NCBI RefSeq assembly: GCF_001194135.2
Contig: NC_068983.1
Coordinates: 68,181,841-68,245,840 of the forward strand
Source of the DNA: Octopus bimaculoides
Lineage: Eukaryota
Direction: 5' to 3'
Length of the DNA: 64,000 bases
The first letter of the stretch is position 1. Each line of letters begins with the position of its first letter. Shown piece after piece: positions 50,830 through 62,591 of this stretch. Position numbers and translations under genes: made by a program. The notes under the pieces were generated by a model. That model did not search any database. It worked only from the letters and a program-made list of their open reading frames with translations, and was not told the origin of the DNA.

Positions 50830-50999
50830 CATTCCAGGTTTACTGACAATCATACCTCGAACTTCATCCACCAAGTTCTGCCACTCATTGTTGTCATATT
50901 TAAGAAGCTGAGCCAGTTCCGTCTCTTCCAGAAGAGGCTTGGAACTGCCCAACAAATACAACAGTACTTCATTCATTGACAAAATTTCTTTACCATTGT
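50830..50999 (-). CDS. DROSHA: Drosha exon E7 (DNGKEILSMNEVLLYLL...EVRGMIVSKPGM)
   Basis: ttgcag/gttagt, 170 nt; GKE.LSM..VLLYLL motif. Confidence 0.96.
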
Positions 51000-51614
51000 C
51001 TGCAACAGAATACAAAAAGAATACACACTAAATTTACAAAAAAAGAACATCAATAATTTCTTTCATAGGCACAAGGTCACAAATTAGGTGGAAGAAAGAA
51101 TCAGTCAATGAAGGTGATCCCAGTGATGAAAGGCAAAGTTGACACCTGCAAGATATGAGCTCAGATAATAAAGAGTCAGAAGAAATACCACAATATATTT
51201 TGTCCAACACTCAAACAATTCTGCCAATCCACACCTTTGATAATGAGCACAAGGTCACAAATTTTGGGTGAGGGAACTGTGAATTATATCAACACTGTAT
51301 TTGAGAGCTATTGTATTTTATCAACCCCTAAAAGATGAAAGGAAAAGTCATCCTCCACAAGACAGAATTCAAAATCAGAACATAAAGAGACACAACTAAA
51401 TATTTCATATGATGTAATCCAATGCTCTATTGATTCTGTCACCCTACTGTGCTCATTTCTTTGAACGCCACAGGATGACAGATGGGACTGATGGTGGGTT
51501 ACAAGCACAGCAGTGAGGTAACACAAAGATAACATTACAGCAGAAGACAGCTTCTCACACATACATGCTCTCATATATACACATGCTCACATACTCACAA
51601 AAAAATATCATAAC

Positions 51615-51832
51615 TCTTTACTCTCTTTTACTTTTACTTGCTTCAGTCATTTGACTGTGGCCATGCTGGAGCACCGCTTTTAGTCGAGCAAATCGACCCC
51701 AGGACTTATTTGTAAGCCTAGTACTTATTCTATCGGTCTCTTTTGCCGAACTGCTAAGTTATGGGGACGTAAACACACCAGCATCGGTTGTCAAGCGATG
51801 TTGGGGGGACAAACACAGACACACAAACACAT

Positions 51833-51881
<49 letters not shown>

Positions 51882-52042
51882 TACGACGGGCTTCTTTCAG
51901 TTTCCGTCTACTAAATCCACTCACAAGGCTTTGGTCGGCCCGAGGCTATAGTAGAAGACACTTGTCCGGAGTGCTAAGCAGTGGGACTGAACCCGGAACT
52001 ATGTGGTTGGTAAGCAAGCTACTTACCACACACCCACTCCTA
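51615..52042 (-). mobile_element. SINE family A (full length)
   Basis: Head, CORE-like segment, internal (TA)n and tail. Confidence 0.85.
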
Positions 52043-52196
52043 CGCCTATCAAATCACAAATTACACTCTCTTCTTTCTCTGTTCCACAAAAAAAAAAGCA
52101 GCAACATCATCATCATCATCATCATTATCAATAACAAGAGGAGAAATCTGATAAAACAGTTGAGAAACAAAGGAAGCTGAGTAACTGCAAACTCAC

Positions 52197-52344
52197 CTGG
52201 CAATTCGCGTGCAAACCGAGGCATAAGATGAAACCTACTACAACTGACTTCATTTCCAGGGCCTTTCCAGTCCAAATCTACAAGTTCTAGGATCTCATTA
52301 AAGAGGAAATGACACACTTGATCCAGGGACCGAACAGTGAAATT
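52197..52344 (-). CDS. DROSHA: Drosha exon E6 (NFTVRSLDQVCHFLFNEILELVDLDWKGPGNEVSCSRFHLMPRFARELP)
   Basis: ctgcag/gtgagt, 148 nt; C.RFH.MPRF motif. Confidence 0.96.
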
Positions 52345-52569
52345 CTGCAGCACAAGAAAAATGAAATAAACAAAGAGAAACTGTAAAGAAACAGCTAATT
52401 TAGATTAAAATTTTTAAAATGCATTCATATTCAATGGTTACCTCATATTTGATGTAACCATTACTTTATCCAGTTTCAGAGTTGAGAGGAAGTAAACAAC
52501 AATAACAAAAACCAGCTGTATTTGCTGCTTTTCTTCTTTTTTAAATATACATATTCTTTATTATATATA

Positions 52570-52960
52570 CAGGTGTGGCTGTGTGGAAAGTAGCTTGCTT
52601 ACCAACCACATTGTTCCAGGTTCAGTCCCACTGCATGGCACCTTGAGCAAGTGTCGTCTACTATAACCTCAGGCTGACCAAAGCCTTGTGAGTGGATTTG
52701 GTAGACGGAAACTGAAAGAAGCCCGTCGTATATTGTGTGTGTGTGTGTATTTGTCCCCCCAACATCACTTGACAACCAATGCTGGTATGTTTACATCCCT
52801 GTAACTTAGTGGATCAGCAAAAGTGACTGACAGAACAAGTACTAGGCTTACAAAGAATAAGTCCTGGGGTTGATTTGCTCGACTAAAGGCGGTACTCCAG
52901 CATGGCTGCAGTCGAATGACTGAAACAAAAGTGTAAAAGTGTAAAAGATAAAGAAGAGTG
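52570..52960 (+). mobile_element. SINE family A (full length)
   Basis: Inverted relative to 51615-52042. Confidence 0.85.
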
Positions 52961-53486
52961 TGGTGCCCATAACGTTTGCAATCCTCCTTAGACTGGTTAG
53001 TTGTTCTACAGAAACTGGGTGGAGAGAGACCCCAAATGACAGATATGATTGTCAATGGCTGGTGCTATTACATCATTATCATCATCATTTAACGTCTGCC
53101 TTTCATGCTGGCATGGGTGGAACTACTATAATGTTGAAAAATACAACACTATCATGTAGGTGTGGAGTAGTATGAGTTTTCCTTTTTTGATACCTATGTA
53201 TAAAGGGAAGTGAAAATAGATGGAGTAAAAAGAACATAATTTGGAAAGGGTTTTGTTGTGTCTGTGTGTGCATCAAACAGTTATATCCAGCAGTTTCTAC
53301 TAAAGGCACCAAGGTCTGAAATCTTGAGGGCAGTGGCAAGTCATTACATCAACCCCAGTGCTCAACTGGTATTTTTTTTATCAACCCCAAAAGGAAGAAA
53401 GGCAAAGCTGACCTCAGTGGAATTTGAACTCAGAACCATTGGCTATATCTACCAGATTTATTGACCAAGTGTATCTTGAACCACTG

Positions 53487-53574
53487 CTTGCTAAAAAGAG
53501 CAGTTAAATTCAACTCAAACCATATCTTATCTTGCTAAAAACAGTAGTTAAATTCAACTCAAACCATATCTTAT
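53487..53574. repeat. 44-bp tandem duplication
   Basis: cttgctaaaaa(g/c)ag(c/t)agttaaattcaactcaaaccatatcttat, two copies. Confidence 0.9.
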
Positions 53575-54246
53575 CTTCTTCAAAAAGAACACATTGAATA
53601 CTACATTCTATGAAAATAGATAGAGTAATCATAGTTGGACTGCATTATCATAATACTGCTAGATCAGAGTTGGTTTAGAATTAAGCAATATCAACAAATA
53701 ATTGTCTCAACTATTTTGATGCTTTCTTTTGGTTTTCAGTGCATACCAAGAGGGAATTAAAGTTGCTATAATGTTTTGATTTATCTGACAAACTATAAAA
53801 ATAGCCGAGGCTCATCTGATTGATCTTGAGATTTAACACGATTAGTTAGCAAGCAAAAATTTGATATCAAAATATCTGATTTAATAATTCAATGTTTTCA
53901 AATCAAATTAGAATTGGTGAAGTAAATACCAGGGACATACTGGATACCAATTCCTAACAAATATAACAAGATAGCCTAGTGCCTAATCCAAAAGAAGTCT
54001 TCACAAAAAATGGGGATATAATGTTGAATCCCCTTTCTGTGACTATAGAGTTTTCTGAATTATGGGTCACCAGCTTGTTTGTGTATTATTGGATAATTTG
54101 ATAAATAATATGAAGAATGTGCAAGACTGCATAAAAAAAGTGGTAGGTTTTGATAAAGACATAAAACAACATGGATGTCACATGAGAAAATTGGTATAAA
54201 CAACAGTGAAGAAAAGTAATTGTTAAAAAATACAAAATAAACTCAC

Positions 54247-54318
54247 CTCTGGCATTTTCTCCTCAAAAAAATGGATTGTGTATTCAATATTGAATCGGAT
54301 CACTTTACAAACAGGAAC
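54247..54318 (-). CDS. DROSHA: Drosha exon E5 (VPVCKVIRFNIEYTIHFFEEKMPE)
   Basis: tgttag/gtgagt, 24 codons; CKVIRFNI.YTIHF motif. Confidence 0.96.
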
Positions 54319-54558
54319 CTAACAGAAAGTAGAATATGAGATCACAGATTTATCCAGTATATCTCATGAAACTACTACTTCTTTCAACAAATCCCTTCAT
54401 CAAACATCACATACAATCTTTCACCTCAGAAGACATTATAATCTATCCATAACCTCTTCTTACATTAGTATTTTGCCTATCCCCACTTCTTACAACTTTC
54501 AATAATTTCCAACTACAAGAAAAGACAGTAGTGACACATCAGAATCAGCAAAAAACAC

Positions 54559-55233
54559 GGATCTTGTTCAAAACGGGGGCACCAGTTTTCATTTATGTTT
54601 TATGTAGTGTTTTTGGTACCGAAAGACTTTCAAACTTCGTATACTTATCTATTTTGTGTTATAGAACAGAAAAAAATTTTTGTACTCGAATTTATTTCAT
54701 GTAAAAAATTGTCTTATTTCGATAATTTCAACCAATCACTGACAAGTATTCAGCTGTTTACACTTACTCCTTTGGCAGTGTAAGCGGTGTAAAGCGTATT
54801 TAATCTCCATTACTTCTGACATTTTGCAGAGAGGGAACACACGTGTGTTCGTTTTCCCTAACCCTAACCCTAATTGACTTGCTCCTTCCCTCAAAAACCA
54901 GGCCTTGTGCCTATAATAGAAAGGTTTATTAGCTACTGCCAATATGCTTCAGCCATTTTTTGACAAGGAAATAATAATTTTATCACCGCCAGAATCGTTT
55001 GAGAATCGTTTGTTTACGTAGTCAGCACTTAATGTATTTGGCTGAATGGACGTCAGTCATTGGTTGAAATTACAGAAATACGACAACTTTAACATGAAAT
55101 AACTTGCGATGTACGTTTTTTTGTTAAGAAGACTAAGAGAAAAAGATGTTTTATATGACACATTCTAGCAGTGTCCCAAGTTTCAAAGTGTTTCGTTAAG
55201 AAAATACTGGTGCCCCCGTTTTGAACAAGATCC
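54559..55233. mobile_element. Young non-autonomous DNA transposon (Merlin-like), 675 bp
   Basis: Perfect 28-bp TIRs ggatcttgttcaaaacgggggcaccagt; perfect 8-bp TSD aaaaacac (54551-54558, 55234-55241). Confidence 0.9.
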
Positions 55234-55616
55234 AAAAACACTCCTACATACATAGTCAACCTGCTTAACAATTCAACCACAGTTTTTTTTTTTTCTCAAT
55301 AAATATACCACATTATGTACAATAACAACATTACACACATTAGGCAACATACAATATTATGAGCTGACAACAGAGATGCCACATGGTCACCCAATATGCT
55401 ACAAATAGCAGTCAAATTTCTCACAAAATCACATGCCACCATCTTAAAAAAAGGGGACACATTTGCTAATGCACTTCTACATAACTCTAAAAACAGGATG
55501 AACACTGCTGGATAAACTTCAGTCATAAATTTGTTCAGTCAGGATTGACCAGAAGCTAAACAACAACAACAAACAATACTAACGCATAACATTAATTGAA
55601 AGACAACACAACTTAC

Positions 55617-55703
55617 GTTCTCTAACTGATAATGAGAAAGAAGAGAAAATCCTTCAAAGATATATTCATGATTATCATGCTCAATGATGGTGGGGTTTTT
55701 ACT
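55617..55703 (-). CDS. DROSHA: Drosha exon E4 (SKNPTIIEHDNHEYIFEGFSLLSHYQLEN)
   Basis: ttttcag/gtaagt, 29 codons; HEYIFEGFS motif. Confidence 0.96.
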
Positions 55704-56214
55704 CTGAAAAGAAGGGAGACATATCAATTATTAAGACATCAACATCATCAATAATGAAAAGCAAAAGCCGAATAAGAATGGTGATAACGATAATAATAAT
55801 TCTTTCTACTAAACGCAAAAGACCTGAAATTTTATTAGAGGGAGCAGTCAATTACACTGACCATAGTGCTCAACTGTTACTTTAAAGAGAAAGGGAGGAA
55901 GAATTGTTTATTGACATACAATTTCATTCAGCATGCAACTAACACATGGCTGTTGAATTTGCTGAAAACAGCAGCCAAAACTCCTACAAATTACACTCTA
56001 CCATCTTATAAAAGCTATATATAATAATATAGTTCCTGATATACAAAAGATGGGATTAGTAGGTCTTACATCATAGTTTTGTTTGATTATGACTGAACTG
56101 GGAACACACAACAATAATAAATCCCTTTCTTTCCACTTCACCACCAGGTTCATTACTATGCACACATACATGCCAAGTACAGAAACATTTCCAGTTGTTT
56201 CAAACTAACAAGGC

Positions 56215-56400
56215 CACCACCCCAGACAATTTTACTTCCATTTCACTGAAATAATGTGTCCCAAAGCTAACCCCTATACTCACCAAACTTTTTCATTTTT
56301 CTCTCCCTTAACAGGAGTATAACCCAATTACTGGAAACATGCTATAGTGCATCACATTTCTAAAAAAGGCAACCTCCCTCGTCCTGCCAACTACCATCTT
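56215..56400 (+). mobile_element. CR1/L2-type RT N-terminal fragment
   Basis: LTPILTKLF...WKHAIV...KKGN...PANY remnant. Confidence 0.55.
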
Positions 56401-56760
56401 CTCACACACACTTCCACTATCAATAACAACTCTGACATTTCATCACCTATTGTTGCTATGGCAATTATATAAGTAGTCCTGTGTTCAAGTTTCACCAAAA
56501 TAAGCTTTGCATGTCATCCTTCCAGAGTCAATAAATAAAGTACTAATTAAGGGCAGTGTACTAGCAGAATCCCACCCTGTCATAGGCTACTTGGGTGGCA
56601 AAATTAATCCATTACCTAAATCATTAGCTTGTCTTTGGGTGCCATTAACAGAGCCAAGCCTATTGCAAACATTCAAGTCAGGTCTCTGGTTAGAATATAC
56701 TTTCCTTCCACCTCTGTCTTACTTGTAATGGGTCATGGCAACTGCCCTTCTTCCTAACTA

Positions 56761-57260
56761 TGCATCATCATCATCATCCTTTAATATCTGTTTTCCATGC
56801 TGGCATGGGCCTGACAGGAGCTGATGAGCCAGAGGACTACGCCAAGTTCCAATGTCTGCTTTGGTATGGTTTCTATGATTTGATGCCTTTCCTAACACCA
56901 ACCCCTTTACGGAGTGTACTGGGTGCTTTTTACATGGCAAATGCACAAGTGAAGTCACCAAGTAACTTGCAAAATAAGACCCCTCAAATGAGAGGTGCAG
57001 CATTGAGGGAGATGGCTTTATACCAAATAAGAGGTTAAGGTATGGTGGAGGGGTGTAAGTAGAAACATGTGTCTTGTGATAGATAGAGGAGATACATAGC
57101 TGGTTGTGGAAATGCATCAGAGTATCATCAGGAAGGTGAATATAAGAGAAGTGGCCCAGAGGATCCTACAGGGTGAACAGGTAGTAAAACTGTAAGAGTT
57201 GAAAGGAGAGTGGCAGACAGATAAGAGATGGGGATAAAGGTGAATGCAATGATTGATGAA
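56761..57260 (-). mobile_element. RTE-tail element (long 3'UTR variant)
   Basis: (CAT)n tail, ccatgctggcatgg. Confidence 0.7.
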
Positions 57261-57327
57261 ACTATGAAAAAAAAATAAAAGAAACATAATACTCTCCATA
57301 TACACATTCATTAAAAGATATAGACGT

Positions 57328-57695
57328 AGGAGTGGCTGTGTGGTAAGTAGCTTGCTTACGAACCACATGGTTCCGGGTTCAGTCCCACTGCGTGGCACCT
57401 TGGGCAAGTGTCTTCTACTATAGCCTCGGGCCGACCAAAGCCTTGTGAGTGGATTTGGTAGACGGAAACTGAAAGAAGCCCGTCGTATATATGTATATAT
57501 GTATGTATGTGTGTATATGTTGTGTATCTGTGTTTGTCCCCGTAACTTAGCGGTTCGGCAAAAAGAGACCGATAGAATAAGTACTAGGCTTACAAAGAAT
57601 AAGTCCTGGGGTCGATTTGATTCAACTAAAGGCAGTGCTCCAGCATGGCCGCAGTCAAATGACTGAAACAAGTAAAAGTATAAAAGAGTAAAAGA
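57328..57695 (+). mobile_element. SINE family A (near consensus)
   Basis: aggagtggctgtgtggtaag...ccttgggcaagtgtctt...gactgaaacaagtaaaag. Confidence 0.88.
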
Positions 57696-57866
57696 AAACA
57701 CATTACTATGCAACATAATTATGCACTACACAGATACACATTAGAATACATACATACACACACAACCAACAATCCACACTACACAGTTACAAATAAAACC
57801 TAAAATTATATCAACAAGACTGAATGAAAAAAAAATAACAAAAGAAACCAGCAAAAGTGTACAAAC

Positions 57867-57953
57867 CAAAAAATTTGTGGATGGTGACATGGTGATGTGA
57901 TAATGGTATAACCTGTTGGCATTATTACTCTCTGAAACACATGGAATGATTTC
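57867..57953 (-). CDS. DROSHA: Drosha exon E3 (EIIPCVSESNNANRLYHYHITMSPSTNFL)
   Basis: tttcag/gtttgt, 29 codons; matches PC..TNNAGRLFHYRITVSPPTNFL. Confidence 0.95.
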
Positions 57954-58099
57954 CTGAAATGAAAGACAATACCAACATCATGATATCTCATTAACATAGC
58001 CATGAAGAAACATTTATCAATTTGGTCATTTGAAAATGAATTGCAGGAGCATGTTAATTTTTACAGCTCTTGCAGTCTTTCAATAAGAGTGTGTGTGTT

Positions 58100-58132
58100 T
58101 GTGTAAGAGAGAGAGAGAGAGAGAGACTGTGT

Positions 58133-58166
<34 letters not shown>

Positions 58167-58485
58167 NNNNNNNNNNNNNNNNNNNNNNNNNNNNNNNNNN
58201 NNNNNNNNNNNNNNNNNNNNNNNNNNNNNNNNNNNNNNNNNNNNNNNNNNNNNNNNNNNNNNNNNNNNNNNNNNNNNNNNNNNNNNNNNNNNNNNNNNNN
58301 NNNNNNNNNNNNNNNNNNNNNNNNNNNNNNNNNNNNNNNNNNNNNNNNNNNNNNNNNNNNNNNNNNNNNNNNNNNNNNNNNNNNNNNNNNNNNNNNNNNN
58401 NNNNNNNNNNNNNNNNNNNNNNNNNNNNNNNNNNNNNNNNNNNNNNNNNNNNNNNNNNNNNNNNNNNNNNNNNNNNNNNNNNNNN

Positions 58486-58524
<39 letters not shown>

Positions 58525-58720
58525 TGAGAGAGAAAGGCAGAAAGAGAGAAAGACACAGAGAGAGAAAGACACAGAGAGAAAGACAGAGAGAGAGAAAGAC
58601 AGAGAGAGAGAAAGACAGAGAGAGAGAAAGACAGAGAGAGAGAAAGACAGAGAGTGAGTGAGAAAGAGAGTGTGTGTGAGTGAAAGAGAGAGAGAGAGAG
58701 TGTGTGTGTGTGTGTGTGTG
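58100..58720. repeat. Compound (GA)n/(GT)n and AGAGAAAGAC minisatellite around a gap
   Basis: Direct inspection. Confidence 0.9.
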
Positions 58721-59060
58721 TACACATGTATTTTTGTAGCTGTATATCTGTACATGCATACTCTTGTGGTTGAATAGCCTTTCATTTCTATATGCACATT
58801 CATGTGCACACAGACACACTCCTACACAAACATGCACATGTGCACACACATGTATTTAGCATTTCTATGCAAATGATATCACTCATCATTCTTCCTTAAT
58901 CTTCTTTATATATACAGATGTTATCCACATAGAACCTACTACCACACATCAGAGAACAAGCTAACAAAGTAACCCTAATAAGACCGCTAGAAACAGTAGC
59001 CAAATGTCATTCAAATCAAATCTTACTATCTTAAAAGGAAAAAGAGACATGGAATAATAT

Positions 59061-59329
59061 TGTTGTATTCCTCTCAGGAGACTCGCAGAGAAAAAACAAC
59101 GAGTTGTACAATTTAATTATTACATTTATTGATGACGATTTAATTACATACAAAGAACACACTCACCGAATGTTCATCATTAATAAACAAGAATCATGTC
59201 CTCGCCATATATATCAATAACATTCAACTTCTCCAGTCATTCAAAACAACAACGAAAACAAGGAACTCAGACGAATCACATTGAAACACGAGACCTCAGA
59301 TGAACACAAATCTAACAGTCCATATAACA
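59061..59329 (-). mobile_element. Solo LTR, 269 bp (Gypsy or BEL type)
   Basis: TGTTG...TAACA ends; 5-bp TSD aatat (59056-59060, 59330-59334); TATA-like then AATAAA on the minus strand. Confidence 0.8.
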
Positions 59330-59639
59330 AATATAGTCCTAGATACATTATGTCTGAGTAAAAGATGAGAAACTCATGATTGCAATACTTTGATCATAAG
59401 CATCCCTACCAGCACTGACCTGGAATTAAACAAAAACAACAACATAACAACAGACATGCACCACTTCTATAAAGAACATACAGTAAAGCCTTCACAATCA
59501 CTACTAATACTATCAAGGTAGCACAATTTCTGCTGATTTCTCATAGCAATTTTATATGTACAACATTACTAAACCTACAGCCCAAAGACTAGGCTTCTTT
59601 TTTAGGGCCCAAAAATATTGCCACTGATTAGTAGCAGAG

Positions 59640-60010
59640 CCCCTATAATGCTTGATTGAGGCCCATATGGAGTAAGTGCTCACATATCTGAGATGATGCT
59701 GTTATTGGATGCACAAAAATCCTAGACCACATCCAAGAGAAAGCCATGACTGGCAAAGACACACTCAGTAACACACTATAACTCCTGGTCCAACATCTGG
59801 TGCTGTTTCCTCTCTCTGGCTTAACTGTCACTACCACAACAGCTTCTTCTCCTTTGAGCCAGCAGCTCCTGATTCACACTAAACACTTTGAGCTATACAG
59901 CTCAATACTTTCCCAGAAATAGATTCCCTACCACTCTCTCCGGTGTATGTTTTTCTTGCAGACCATCAACTTTGAGGTTTTTAAACTGAACATCAACAAT
60001 ACTGATCACA
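59640..60010 (-). mobile_element. Decayed LINE endonuclease-like remnant
   Basis: KVDGLQEKH...VVTVKPERGN...SYSVLLSV; weak APE-like words. Confidence 0.35.
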
Positions 60011-60076
60011 TCATTCTCTTCCTCTTGTGGTTCTAAGTGCATGTGTGTGTCCATGAGCACATGTCTGTATAAGCGT

Positions 60077-60163
<87 letters not shown>

Positions 60164-60948
60164 ATTGTTGGATAGGCTGCACATGCCAGATACATTAATA
60201 TTGCTATAATACACATGCATTCAATATTTATTAAATAACAAAATAAATAAAGTATTAATATACCAAACCCTAGATTATGAGTTCAAATTCATAGTAGGTA
60301 TTTTGTTATGCCTCTAAGGCAATTTCCCAGTAAACCTCAGTTTTGAATATACACCAGATTATCAGATAAAATAACCTCTGACAGAATAGATCAGCATCCC
60401 ATCTAGGTGAAGAGAAAATTTATCTCTCCTTAAGACAAAAAGAGTTAAGTCTATGAGAGGGGTGGTGGTGACCACTTAGAGGTCAAGATTAGATTGTATC
60501 TTAATGCTATAAACACTCAATGACCTACTGTAGAGGTGAAATGGCCAGAAAGATTACACTGTGGGCTACTTTTTCATATATCATGAATCCAAATCTGCTG
60601 CTGAGGCTTTGTTGCTTCTGAACAATCCCTTTTATTCTACATAACCTCAGTTCACCTCACTATCCCACATTAGGCAGTAAATCATTTGATAATGTTATCA
60701 AAGTCAGAGCCAACTTCCTATCGAGGAGAATGTTTTAGCCGTCTTCTACTTACCACCTTAAAACCACCAGCAAAGCAATGTATCTTAGTACGGTCACATA
60801 TATCTCTATATCCTAGTACAGTATTATAATTATACACAGATATACATGCCTTTATATCAAAGTACTGCACTATGCTGTACACTTCTATGTATGTAGACTA
60901 CATACACTAAATATCATATAATGTCCTATATAATGTAACACAACAAAC

Positions 60949-61029
60949 CTCTTCTCCAGGGAATATATTGTGTCGAATTCCAGTCTTTCGTGCTTTTAGA
61001 CTGCAACGACAGAGTGGTCCATCATTCAT
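60949..61029 (-). CDS. DROSHA: Drosha exon E2 (MNDGPLCRCSLKARKTGIRHNIFPGEE)
   Basis: ttttag/gtttgt boundaries, 27 codons; contains CxC...H zinc-ligand motif. Confidence 0.96.
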
Positions 61030-61514
61030 CTAAAATGATAAAGAAATGTAACTTTTTGACACCATGGCTTACTGGAGATCAAATTAAAACTTACAAGTGC
61101 AATTCTCATAAAAAGTTTAGAACATTTTTGAAGGTTAAAAATTTAAAATCAAATATAGAAAACTATTGCTTACTGTTTTTTAGTAATTTACTTGTATATA
61201 TGAGAAAATTTCAATTAACATGCTTTTGAGGACTCTTCAGTGTTTGTCTGGATTTTCATTGTTTTTTAAAATCATATGTATAGGGTCTCCTTTGCAACAT
61301 ACTGTTTGAGTATTACTGCTGATAACTAATACAATATTTCTCCGTCTGTGAGGATTGAAGTGGGAAGGGGACAAATTGACATAACTACACAACTGTGCTC
61401 CACCCATAATTCTGACATTATTTCCTCACAACTTTCTGAAAAATGGATATTTTTTTAATGATATTTTCTACAAATACATTTCAGATGGTGCAGATTATGA
61501 TTATATTGGAATTC

Positions 61515-61990
61515 AACCATAGATAGAAACCATGCCAAATCAGACAACTGGAATCTGGACAGCACCTGTTAAACCATCCAACCCCTGCCAGCATGGAAAA
61601 ATGGACATTGAAGGACAATGAGATGACGAATTATCCAAAACTCCTTGCTCCCCACACACCTACACTCTGAATAAACTCTCTTCTGCTTCCTCTCTGGCTA
61701 AGTAATCCTGTCTCCTAACTTCCCTTCTGGCTATCTGATACAATTCTCTGCTACCACCACACTTCCAGTCCTTCCAGGCCTGCTTCTTGTCCCTAATGGC
61801 CTCGTCAACTACATTGTTCCACCACCATATTACCTTAGGTCGAGAGGGGACTTTGCACCAGCTACAGATCTGGTCAGTAGCCCTCAACAAGTTGTCCCAT
61901 AGAAACCTCCATGTTGTGTGACACTATATCTTCCTCTACTTTGTCAAAAGCTTCAAGTAATATATCTTTAAATCTCTGTCCATTCAGAGG
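61515..61990. mobile_element. Two RTE fragments in opposite orientation (tail on + 61515-61630; ORF2 on - 61678-61990)
   Basis: ORF fragment LRATDQICSWCKVPSRPKVIWWWNNVVD matches 34820-35140. Confidence 0.8.
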
Positions 61991-62345
61991 ATATAACCGT
62001 AACCTACACAATCTGAAATGTATTTGTAGAAAATTTCATTTAAAAAATCCCTTTTTCAGAACGTTAAGAGTAAACAAAGATAAAGCAAGCACATACTATA
62101 GTTATGCTGACAGATTACCCCGTTTAATAAAATCAAGGCTTTAAACTTTTTAAACTTGTACAACACTATAGCAAAGAGTGAAGAATTATATCGATGCAAA
62201 CTCTCGCTGATAAAAGGAGAACAAGCAAAAAACATTTCACTTATGTTTTTGGATGAGCTGGTACTTGTCAGTTTGAGAAGAGATAAATGAATCCTCGAGA
62301 AAGTATGAGTTACTTCCCTTGTGACCTGAGCCATTTAATACTTAC

Positions 62346-62485
62346 TTCTCCTGGATCATTGTACCATAATTCTTCATGTAATCGATATGGATGACGCTTT
62401 TTACGGTTCAATTCCTCTAGCCACTCGTTGGTCGTCTCTTCAGAACCACTGTCATCAGTATCATCAGAATCATCGGTAGAATCGT
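62346..62485 (-). CDS. DROSHA: Drosha exon E1 (DSTDDSDDTDDSGSEETTNEWLEELNRKKRHPYRLHEELWYNDPGE)
   Basis: tttctacag acceptor, gtaag donor; matches the Drosha KRKKAHPDRLHDELWYNDPG motif. Confidence 0.95.
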
Positions 62486-62591
62486 CTGTAGAAACAGAAG
62501 TAAAGGAAGTAAATATTTGTCCTGCTAATGCTCAATGTCCCATCGTTATTTGGTGGGATTCGGGGCTGTCAGAGAAACAAACTTTTCTTAC

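Larger units (their letters stand above)
16300..62485 (-). other. DROSHA: Drosha (class 2 RNase III) gene span, 5'-incomplete in this window; 23 coding exons, 2645 nt joined
   Basis: Manually spliced exons give one open frame with consistent phases and GT-AG boundaries. Drosha-specific motifs: HPYRLHEELWYNDPGEMNDGPLCRC, HFGIRPAQLSYAG, NPDHARNSLTNCG, RIIIDa HNERMEFLGDAV...MANCFEAL, RIIIDb [12 protein letters not shown]...ADLLEAFIGA, dsRBD NDPKSQLQQCCLTL...SIQQAEMAAA. Confidence 0.98.

Noticed and set aside
54855-54876. (CCCTAA)n telomere-like runs (also about 17733 and 40687)
   Set aside because: Only 2-3 units inside repeats; not an interstitial telomere.
16711-62345. Canonical intronic pre-miRNA in Drosha
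   Set aside because: I could not identify a non-repeat hairpin of about 60-70 nt by eye; this needs folding plus small-RNA data.
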